Assembly (NCBI GenBank): GCA_048270185.1
Contig: JBLWTJ010000006.1
Coordinates: forward strand, 1 to 15,187
Reading direction: 5' to 3'
DNA from: Bacteriovoracaceae bacterium
GTDB taxonomy: Bacteria; Bdellovibrionota; Bacteriovoracia; Bacteriovoracales; Bacteriovoracaceae
DNA length: 15,187 nt
Numbering within the stretch: position 1 is the first letter of the stretch; every line of letters starts with the position of its first letter. Under the pieces are notes generated by a model. That model searched no databases. It saw only the letters and a program-made list of their open reading frames with translations, and had not been told where the DNA came from. Positions 1 through 7,070 of the stretch are shown here, in pieces. The position numbers and the translations under genes are program-made.

Positions 1-25
1 TACAGAAAAATCTATACTTAGAGCC

Positions 26-80
26 TTTACACTCAGCGATGTGTATAATATCTTGTATATATATCGTATTTTTATGAGGT
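26..80 (+). promoter_or_regulatory. Putative -10 box and RBS for the RHH gene, overlapped by a short inverted repeat
   Basis: TATAAT at 44-49; TACAC-N8-GTGTA inverted repeat at 28-45; GAGGT Shine-Dalgarno at 76-80, 6 nt before the ATG at 87. No -35 at canonical spacing. Confidence 0.45.
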
Positions 81-86
81 ATCGAA

Positions 87-326
87 ATGACTACGAAAGT
101 GGAGTTGAAAAAGGTTAGCATGAATCTAACCCAAACCGACATTACCAACTTGGAAGAATTAAAAACCACCCTAAATCAGAGGACTGAGGCAAGTGTAGTT
201 AGCCTGTCACTGGCTTTAACGAAAGAGTTCACCGACATGATCCTGTCAGGACAGAGAATCTTAACAGAAGATAAGGATGGGAAAATTCAAGAAATCCGAA
301 TCGTTGGACTTGTGCAAAACAGATAA
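87..326 (+). CDS. Ribbon-helix-helix (CopG-like) DNA-binding protein, 79 aa
   Basis: Alternating N-terminal beta strand (KVSMNL), then two helices (QTDITNLEELKTTL; TEASVVSLSLALTKE) and a C-terminal beta hairpin (GQRILTEDKDGKIQEI) as in small CopG-family proteins; strong RBS. Confidence 0.65.
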   Translation: MTTKVELKKVSMNLTQTDITNLEELKTTLNQRTEASVVSLSLALTKEFTDMILSGQRILTEDKDGKIQEIRIVGLVQNR

Positions 327-387
327 ACCGAATTAGCCTGTAGCGCTGCCTTCTCCGTCTTCACAGGAAGATATCTTACCCACAGAA

Positions 388-428
388 AAAGCCCAATAAC
401 AAAGTAATATTATGATTTATTGGGCTTT
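388..428. terminator. Probable bidirectional intrinsic terminator between convergent genes
   Basis: Perfect 12-bp arms AAAGCCCAATAA (388-399) / TTATTGGGCTTT (417-428), 17-nt loop, A/T tracts on both sides. Confidence 0.65.
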
Positions 429-502
429 ATTTAAAAGTACCATCAACTTTCAACAGTTTAAGAGAGCGGCTTGCTGTTTCAGCCCCCTTTTCTTTTTAAC
501 TT

Positions 503-2095
503 TTAGCTCTTTTTGTTGATGAGCATCAAGAGCTGTGACAATGAACTTTTAGATTTGTCTTCCAAGCGCTCACCAAACCTTAGAAGTACGTCATTAATCT
601 TCTCAGATGTGATTTGAGCGTAGTCATTAAATACAGTTTGAGCAGTAACATCAAAGCGCTCTCTACGGTCTTTAGACTCAACTTCAAAAAGATTGCTGAT
701 TTCCATAACCTTCTTCAAAATCGCTTCTTTATGCTTCTTAGACTTAGAAGAGCTACTCAACAATGAATCTAACTCAGCAGCAAGTTTCATCAAGGTTTCT
801 GAAGATTCAGGAATCTCAATCTTATGAGGTTCCTCGATCATCTTCGGCGCTTTCTTTAATTCTAGCGACAGTCCTTCACCAAGGAATCGTGTTAACGTGC
901 CTTTAACCCAGTTCCCACCAAGTGATGATTGAAGCAGTTCCATCATTTGGTATCGAGTCATACTCAAAGTCAAAATATCAGTTTCAGCTTCGTAGTACTG
1001 GTCGCCATAACTATCAGTGGAGTAGCTAGAGAACGAACAAGTGAAAGTAAAGTAGTCTTGAACAATTCGAGAATCCCCGAAGAAAAAGTGTGGACTACCA
1101 GATGGATTGTTGATTTTTACCATTGCCTGGTTAACACCGCGAAGATTCTTTTTCTGACTGTGTTTATCGAACAATCTACTTGCTTGAGCAATGTAATCTA
1201 CGTCTTTGCTTTTCTCCACCAGCCTTAACAGGGATTCAGTCTTTTCTGTTCGACCATTTAACTCGTAGTAACAAGCTAATGGAGAGTTAGAAAAAGAAGA
1301 TTGCTCATCTGCATAAGCGATAGCTTTATGCTCAACAACACTTGAAAGAGAACTACTGATAGAACTCGCAATCTCTGTTCGAACATGATGTGCATTCTGC
1401 TCTAACTTTTCTGCAATGATTTCAAAATCAAAAGCATGATCATCGGTGGAATAACCATAAACCTTTCTTGCAAAACCTTGCAGCTTCTCTTTATCTTTCT
1501 TATTGAGAAGACAAGTAGAACTATTGATACGCTCTGCCTCTTCAAGTGCTTCTTCAATTTCTTTTCTGATATTGCTGTGCTTATCATTGAGTCGCTTAAA
1601 ATACTCACCACTTGCTGTTTGCTTTGGCTCATATTTAGGTAGAGGTACACCATTTAATTCAATGATGTTTGCTGGCTCACCTTTATACTTCTCACGGTCA
1701 AAGGTCATATCTGACAGACCGCGCTCAGAAATTGCTACTCGGAGGATTACGTTATCCTCATCAGGAACCCACTTACCATCCTGCGCTTTAGCAAAGCATA
1801 CTGAAATTTCATTAATTGTATCACTAGGAACATGTGAGCCATACATATACATAGGCTCAACTTTTTTCGGTGAAATCTTCATGAATACGAAAGATTTTGA
1901 ATAGTCTTTAGCATCAATATCTTTCTGGTATTGGTTGAATGTTTTAGCTTTCTTAATAAGCTCTTTAATGTTTTCTCTGTCGATTTGAGATAGGGACTCC
2001 CCATGCTCCACCAGCATACTCTCAAGCAGCTCAGGTTTTGCTAATAGCTCCATTTCTACTCCAAAATCACAATAAATTTTGAATGATTCTGGCAT
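503..2095 (-). CDS. Hypothetical protein (530 aa, or 516 aa from ATG at 2053) with a tandemly duplicated phage-type domain
   Basis: Long ORF; two internally similar units (aa ~67-246 and ~322-503). The ATG at 2053 (MELLAK) has a GGAG SD 5 nt upstream and lies downstream of a predicted promoter, so it is probably the real start. Confidence 0.85.
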   Translation of the reverse strand: MPESFKIYCDFGVEMELLAKPELLESMLVEHGESLSQIDRENIKELIKKAKTFNQYQKDIDAKDYSKSFVFMKISPKKVEPMYMYGSHVPSDTINEISVCFAKAQDGKWVPDEDNVILRVAISERGLSDMTFDREKYKGEPANIIELNGVPLPKYEPKQTASGEYFKRLNDKHSNIRKEIEEALEEAERINSSTCLLNKKDKEKLQGFARKVYGYSTDDHAFDFEIIAEKLEQNAHHVRTEIASSISSSLSSVVEHKAIAYADEQSSFSNSPLACYYELNGRTEKTESLLRLVEKSKDVDYIAQASRLFDKHSQKKNLRGVNQAMVKINNPSGSPHFFFGDSRIVQDYFTFTCSFSSYSTDSYGDQYYEAETDILTLSMTRYQMMELLQSSLGGNWVKGTLTRFLGEGLSLELKKAPKMIEEPHKIEIPESSETLMKLAAELDSLLSSSSKSKKHKEAILKKVMEISNLFEVESKDRRERFDVTAQTVFNDYAQITSEKINDVLLRFGERLEDKSKSSLSQLLMLINKKS

Positions 2096-2114
2096 AAAAC
2101 CATCAATTCGTCAA
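2086..2114 (-). promoter_or_regulatory. Putative sigma70 promoter for the 530-aa gene
   Basis: Minus strand TTGACG-N17-CAGAAT with TGn immediately before the -10; the -35 is one arm of a GTCAA-N6-TTGAC inverted repeat (2110-2125). Confidence 0.45.
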
Positions 2115-2143
2115 TTACTTTTGACTTTATTTATATATAATTA

Positions 2144-3277
2144 CTAACAATAGAACTTTGCTTTATCTTGGCTCATAAACCATTTCTTTAGCTTGTCTTT
2201 TCCATGAGCAATAATTAATTTTTCGCAGTGTTCGAATAACGCAAACCAAACCTCACAAAAGTAACTTTCTGAATACTCATCGCCATTGATCATGGCATGA
2301 TTCATACAGCCACCTTTGCAGTAGTTTCGGTATTTGCAGTCAATACATTTTGAATTTGACTTAATCCCTCGTTTCGAAAGTTTTCGAACTAGCTTGAAGT
2401 CAGCGACTCCCTCAACTGCGTTTCCAAGCTTATGACGCTTTGTTTCCGCCATATCCATGCAAACATACAAATCACCATTTGGTTCAACGCATATTGATTT
2501 TGACGAACAACCATAAGCAAAAGGGCAAGAATCCCCTGTACCACACAGCTTCGTGTCTTCATCTAAAACCATTCTAAGAATATGACCAAGAGGTTCTATA
2601 GGAGTGTCATAGTTTAGAACCCATTCATCCATTATCTCTATCAGAGCCTTCGCCATTTTATCAAGGGGAGCAATATCAACTGGATTGTTCGCTTCGTATG
2701 CTGGATAGAGACCAATCGCATAACCTTCACTTAAAGCCTTTTTTGCTTCCTTTACTGCATTTTGCAGACCATTCAAATCCAGAACGTATACAGAACCCGT
2801 TGGAATACTTTTACATACATCGACTACATTAACTTCAAATCTTTTCCTGTAATTCTCTGAAGTTCCTTTAAACCTTCTCTGATCAGTAAAGTGGTCTACT
2901 GATGTAGTCATTCTTCCTTCAAACTTGTCCCATAGTTCCTTTAGCTTCTCGGTATTCCCCACAAAATTACTTTGCGCACCGTCTTTAAAATTGTATCCCG
3001 ACCTTTCAAAGACCGCCCTGGCATAATCAATACAGCTTATAAACATCTGACTAGGAAGGAGTGAAATCTCACCTCCAACGTACTCTAGGTCTACGTAATC
3101 TCCCGATTTTGAACCTATTGAGGGTAAGTAAGTATTCACTAGGTAATCAATTGAGCGCTTGAAATCATCCTCACTCATTCTACTGTTTGATGAATGTGGA
3201 GCTATACAATACGAACATTGAGCATTGCATTTTTTAGTCATTCTAAACTGAATGGTATAAGTACTACTTTTCATCAT
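2144..3277 (-). CDS. Radical SAM/SPASM domain protein (anSME-like cysteine pattern), 377 aa
   Basis: CNAQCSYC (CX3CX2C) near the N-terminus; VGGE motif; SPASM region CPFAYGC...EPNGDLYVC...LGN...CIDCKYRNYCKGGC...YFC. Confidence 0.95.
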   Translation of the reverse strand: MMKSSTYTIQFRMTKKCNAQCSYCIAPHSSNSRMSEDDFKRSIDYLVNTYLPSIGSKSGDYVDLEYVGGEISLLPSQMFISCIDYARAVFERSGYNFKDGAQSNFVGNTEKLKELWDKFEGRMTTSVDHFTDQRRFKGTSENYRKRFEVNVVDVCKSIPTGSVYVLDLNGLQNAVKEAKKALSEGYAIGLYPAYEANNPVDIAPLDKMAKALIEIMDEWVLNYDTPIEPLGHILRMVLDEDTKLCGTGDSCPFAYGCSSKSICVEPNGDLYVCMDMAETKRHKLGNAVEGVADFKLVRKLSKRGIKSNSKCIDCKYRNYCKGGCMNHAMINGDEYSESYFCEVWFALFEHCEKLIIAHGKDKLKKWFMSQDKAKFYC

Positions 3278-3863
3278 TTACAATCCAATGAGTTAAATGT
3301 GGTGTGATGATTCTTTTAGACCATAATGGGCTGATCCATGAGCCAGGAAGTTCATTGAACCAAATCATTTTTTCTTGCCTAAACATAAGGTTTATGAAAT
3401 GCATGTAATGCACTACTCTAGGATCCTTTAAAGCTGACTTATCTGAGTCACCATAATCAAACAACTGTGTGTAGTGCGTTGAAACCTCACCTAACAATTC
3501 GTTTTCTACTTTAAAGAGTGAAGCATTAGGTGGAAGCATAAGTGAGTGAGTCCTCACATCGCTGCTTAATGTGAACAACTGGCTCATCAACGAGCAAAGC
3601 CTGTCATTGCTTTGGGATAAAAATCCATCCCGAATCACTGGATGAAAGTATACTGACTTACCCTTTTTTAAATACTTAAGCAGAGCGCACAATAGTAATT
3701 CGAAATCGTCTGATACGATTAGCACGTCAGGTTTAACTTCATAAAGTGGTGGTCTTAATTTAGTAGGCTCCAAATGCCCCCCGTAAGGCACTGCCTTAGA
3801 AAGATACTCATATCTTTGTGTGCCTTTAGGAATTTTTTCATATTTAAGATCGTTAACGCTCAT
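3264..3863 (-). CDS. Hypothetical accessory protein of the radical SAM operon, 199 aa
   Basis: ORF overlaps both neighbours (11 and 14 nt), indicating translational coupling; contains DVLIVSDDFELLLCALLKYLKKGKSVYF, a Rossmann-like beta-alpha-beta without GxGxxG. Confidence 0.8.
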   Translation of the reverse strand: MSVNDLKYEKIPKGTQRYEYLSKAVPYGGHLEPTKLRPPLYEVKPDVLIVSDDFELLLCALLKYLKKGKSVYFHPVIRDGFLSQSNDRLCSLMSQLFTLSSDVRTHSLMLPPNASLFKVENELLGEVSTHYTQLFDYGDSDKSALKDPRVVHYMHFINLMFRQEKMIWFNELPGSWISPLWSKRIITPHLTHWIVNDEK

Positions 3864-5046
3864 CTGAAATCCGTTTTAATTTTTCATTATTACTTTGTAT
3901 GTAGCTAAGGAACGACTTTAATCCGTGACATTCTAAGCCACTTTTGGGATCCCATAACCTTGACCTTTGTTGACATCCACCTTTGCAATTATCAACAAAT
4001 TCACAAGCTAAGCATGTTTTAGGTAAGCGCTCGTTAGCAAAAAGTTGCTGAGTTCTTACTGGTGAATTTTCTATATCAACAATACTGTCTTCGAAAATAT
4101 TTCCAAAGGAAAGAGGGGTCGAGTTACCAATTTCCGCAGCGCAGCCAGTGACTAACCCATCCGTTCTTGTTGAGAAACCCTTACCAGAACCACAGGCTAT
4201 ATCCCCTAGCTCTTGGTCATGAAGAAGGTCTGCTATCATTCCATGAATAGGATCCACCCGTAACCCCCCATCTTCTTTGGATTTGTTTAGAAGCCATTCT
4301 GTAATCAGAACATAGTAGTCAGACTCAGCCTGAAACCCCATATGCATGTTTTTTGAAATACTGTATCGTTTCCTTTTTCTCGAAAACTTTAGGTGTTCAG
4401 CGTTCTTATCAGAAAGATATACTGCATAGTCATCTTTGGACATAGAGTGTTCAAGATAGCTACCACCAGGCACCGCGTTATTAATCTGAAAGTTTCTAAC
4501 TCCAATGTCATAGAAATAGTCAAAAAGCTCAACGCCTTTATCCATAACATCAGGCGTAGTTGTAAAAGACAACACAACGCGCTTACCACGAGCAACCCAA
4601 TCCTTTATGTTTTGTTCCCAAACCTTAAACTTTCTTTCATCAAACCTATTTGGCTCATAGCTGGTGGCAATAAAGTCGAATAAGTCCGCAATTTTTTCAA
4701 GCTTGGAAAGATGCATAAAATTGGTCATCAGAGTAATGAAGGCGTACTTTCCTGTCTTTTCAAAATCAAACTTTCTACGAATGTAAGGGATAACTTCTTG
4801 GTAAAATTCGGCATCAACCAGTGTTGGTTCACCCCCCATGATGGTCATTTCAGCATTTTGAATGTTAGAATTAACAAAATGTTCCGCGTATTTATCTACT
4901 ACGATTTTGAACTGCTCTACGCTCATTCTTGTTTTATCATGTCGCATAGCCTCTTCAATGAAGCAATGGTCGCATGATAAGGAGCAGTTCATGGTTGGAT
5001 AAAAATAGTATTGAGCGATTTTTATATCTTGATTAGTGTTCATCAT
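3853..5046 (-). CDS. Radical SAM/SPASM domain protein, 397 aa
   Basis: CSLSCDHC; MGGEPTL; SPASM ACGSG...DGLVTGC...FGNI...CLACEFVDNCKGGC...EC (7 Cys). Confidence 0.95.
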   Translation of the reverse strand: MMNTNQDIKIAQYYFYPTMNCSLSCDHCFIEEAMRHDKTRMSVEQFKIVVDKYAEHFVNSNIQNAEMTIMGGEPTLVDAEFYQEVIPYIRRKFDFEKTGKYAFITLMTNFMHLSKLEKIADLFDFIATSYEPNRFDERKFKVWEQNIKDWVARGKRVVLSFTTTPDVMDKGVELFDYFYDIGVRNFQINNAVPGGSYLEHSMSKDDYAVYLSDKNAEHLKFSRKRKRYSISKNMHMGFQAESDYYVLITEWLLNKSKEDGGLRVDPIHGMIADLLHDQELGDIACGSGKGFSTRTDGLVTGCAAEIGNSTPLSFGNIFEDSIVDIENSPVRTQQLFANERLPKTCLACEFVDNCKGGCQQRSRLWDPKSGLECHGLKSFLSYIQSNNEKLKRISDER

Positions 5047-6244
5047 TCAAAAGTACCGATAGACGTTCTTGATGGTTTCTGATGTACTCCATAAATGGCT
5101 TAAGACCATGACAGTTAGCCTTATCGCCTTTCGCATTCCAGAATCTAGCCCTCAACATACAAGAGCCGTAGCAGTTACTTAAAAACTCACACTTACGACA
5201 TTCTTTATCAAGACGACTCCCCATAGAGCTATGCATTTCCTTGGCTTCTGAGTTCGCAATATCTTGCACATTGTCTTTATAGATATTTCCATAGCTAAGC
5301 ATATTTTTACTGCCAATTTCCGAAGCACACCCAGTTATGGCACCATCGAAACGAACATTCATACCTTTGTTGATACAACACGAGATATCATCAATCTCAT
5401 GGTTGTAAACAACCCCACTAATAAAGCTATTTACTGGATAGATATTTACATCAATCCCATCCATTCTCTTTTTATAGAGCCATTCAGTAACAGCAATGAG
5501 GTATTCAGCTTCACTCTTAAAGTCAGGAATGATTTTTGCGTTCTCAATTACGATTTTTCTTCTATTTCTTAGCGGGATCGACAGGTCGTCCGTTCTAACG
5601 GAGACATGGCTTTCATAGAATTCGTTGCCGAATTCATTCTCGATAATCTTTCCTTCAGGGACTATGGTATTTAGCTGAATAAATCTAATTCCTTTATCTA
5701 GGAACTTGTCTAGTAAATCAGTACCTGCGTCAATGACATCTTGTGTTGTAGCTAAAGATATGGACAAAGGCTTACCAGATTCAAGATAGATATTGAGATT
5801 CTTTTCCCACGTTTCTTTTTTACGATCAATGCTTGCGACCATATTTGCTGAGGTGAATCTCGCTGGTTCATAACTCGTAACCACAAGGTCAAATAAATCC
5901 CTCATTCTTTCCAGATTCGGCAGGTGAAGTAAGTTCGTTACTATCGAAACCATAAACCCCTTACCTGTTTCTTCGAAGCGTTGTCTTAGGTATGGGATTA
6001 CTTCATGATAGAAATCACTTGGGATTAACGTAGGTTCGCCACCAATAATCGTAATCTCAGCAAACTGAGCTTTTGAATCCTTGAAATGACTGGAAAACTT
6101 ATCTGCGACGATCTTGAATTGATCCTCGGTCATGGTTTCCTTTGAATTTATCAGGCTCTTATCAATAAAACAGTGCTGGCATGAAAGCGAACACCTCATT
6201 GATGGGTATATATGGTATTGATAGTTATTCATTTCTTTGGTCAT
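5033..6244 (-). CDS. Radical SAM/SPASM domain protein, 403 aa (paralog of 3853..5046)
   Basis: CSLSCQHC; IGGEPTL; SPASM SCC...DGAITGC...YGNI...CRKCEFLSNCYGSC...NC. Start could also be the Met at 6232. Confidence 0.95.
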   Translation of the reverse strand: MTKEMNNYQYHIYPSMRCSLSCQHCFIDKSLINSKETMTEDQFKIVADKFSSHFKDSKAQFAEITIIGGEPTLIPSDFYHEVIPYLRQRFEETGKGFMVSIVTNLLHLPNLERMRDLFDLVVTSYEPARFTSANMVASIDRKKETWEKNLNIYLESGKPLSISLATTQDVIDAGTDLLDKFLDKGIRFIQLNTIVPEGKIIENEFGNEFYESHVSVRTDDLSIPLRNRRKIVIENAKIIPDFKSEAEYLIAVTEWLYKKRMDGIDVNIYPVNSFISGVVYNHEIDDISCCINKGMNVRFDGAITGCASEIGSKNMLSYGNIYKDNVQDIANSEAKEMHSSMGSRLDKECRKCEFLSNCYGSCMLRARFWNAKGDKANCHGLKPFMEYIRNHQERLSVLLNDEH

Positions 6245-6333
6245 TTAATTTATTAATAAAAATGGATTATATAACCAAAGAAACGAGTCAAAATTGATGT
6301 GGGTCAATAAGAAAAGGACAAAAGTTGATGTTT

Positions 6334-6356
6334 AACGCCCTTGTCTCAAGGACGTT
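6334..6356 (-). terminator. Stem-loop right after the pilin-like gene (leaky terminator or mRNA-stabilising hairpin)
   Basis: Minus strand AACGTCCTTG-AGA-CAAGGGCGTT: 10-bp stem with one G-U pair, 4 nt after the stop codon, no real U-tract on the minus strand. Confidence 0.6.
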
Positions 6357-6360
6357 TTTC

Positions 6361-6837
6361 TTAAAGATAGCAAAGTCTAAAAGTGGCAGTGCCTTGGTAG
6401 AATCCTTTCACGTTATGATTCGTAACATGCGCTGTAGCACCAACTCTAAGATTATCAATTTTACCTAAATGGTCGAATTGGGTTCTACCGTTGTAGTCCA
6501 TATCACCGCCATAGGAGAATCTATCTACTGGGATCATTAACGTATGATTTTGTCCGTTACCCGTTGTCATGATGATACTGTTTTGAACAACATAACCTCT
6601 AGCTTCCCACCCTGCTGCACCCTGCGCGGCAAAAACAGCAGCTTTAGCAGAATTTGGTGATGTCACAATTGGTTCATTGTGACCAACAAAGGTGGATTCG
6701 AACTCAAGGTTTCTAACGACCTGGATCGAAATGGGAGCCATAATCTCAAGCGAGGCAGTAAAGTTCTGGTCTTCAGCCTGCACAGTGGCTGATGATGCTA
6801 TCGAAGCTATCGCTAACGCTATTATTCTTTTACTCAT
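6361..6837 (-). CDS. Secreted DUF4402 / spore-coat-U (Csu pilin-like) family protein, 158 aa
   Basis: Sec signal peptide (MSKRIIALAIASIASSATVQA|EDQ); N-terminal ASLEIMAPISIQVVRNLEF and C-terminal LRVGATAHV...GFYQGTATFRLCY matching the G-x-Y-x-G...penultimate-Y pilin-like terminal strand; AAGGA RBS. Family assigned from recalled motif, not a search. Confidence 0.75.
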   Translation of the reverse strand: MSKRIIALAIASIASSATVQAEDQNFTASLEIMAPISIQVVRNLEFESTFVGHNEPIVTSPNSAKAAVFAAQGAAGWEARGYVVQNSIIMTTGNGQNHTLMIPVDRFSYGGDMDYNGRTQFDHLGKIDNLRVGATAHVTNHNVKGFYQGTATFRLCYL

Positions 6838-6882
6838 TAATATTCCTTGACTTTTTTATTGACTAATGATTTTTATCTGCAA

Positions 6883-6910
6883 ATTATATCAAGGAAAGTC
6901 TGTTGTACAA
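6883..6910 (-). promoter_or_regulatory. Strong sigma70-type promoter for the pilin-like gene
   Basis: Minus strand TTGTAC-N16-TATAAT with a perfect extended -10 (TG-A-TATAAT), about 45 nt upstream of the ATG at 6837. Confidence 0.65.
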
Positions 6911-7035
6911 GATCTAAACTAAAAAAAATGATCATTATAGGAAATGTTAAACTATTAGGTAAGAACACCATTTTTTTAACAATCACTATGTTAATTATTA
7001 ATTTGATTAATTTTGTTCATTGAAAACGAATTGTT

Positions 7036-7044
7036 TGATAAAAT
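7036..7044 (+). promoter_or_regulatory. Putative extended -10 promoter for 7071..8378
   Basis: TG-A-TAAAAT in an AT-rich divergent intergenic region. Confidence 0.4.
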
Positions 7045-7070
7045 AATAAAAAACAAAATGAGCTTAAAAA

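Noticed and set aside
327..502. Possible small RNA or tRNA-like element in the convergent gap
   Set aside because: Only short scattered hairpins besides the terminator; no cloverleaf, T-loop motif or dedicated promoter.
929..1904. ORFs 929..1228, 1402..1653, 1436..1642 and 1503..1904
   Set aside because: Antisense or out-of-frame shadows inside the 530-aa gene; no RBS or recognisable motifs.
2144..3277. Calling this gene anSME/chuR/aslB, or the cluster pqq, SCIFF, mycofactocin or darobactin
   Set aside because: Only the generic SPASM pattern matches; no sulfatase or any diagnostic partner gene or precursor is present.
4389..5572. ORFs 4389..4595, 4393..4683, 4711..4977 and 5264..5572
   Set aside because: Fully nested in well-supported radical SAM genes.
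6873..6971. 32-codon minus-strand ORF (MVFLPNSLTFPIMIIFFSLDLVQQTFLDIICR) as a possible RiPP precursor
   Set aside because: No SD, overlaps the predicted promoter of the pilin-like gene, and has no leader/core character. No ATG-started minus-strand ORF was found in 6245-6360 either.
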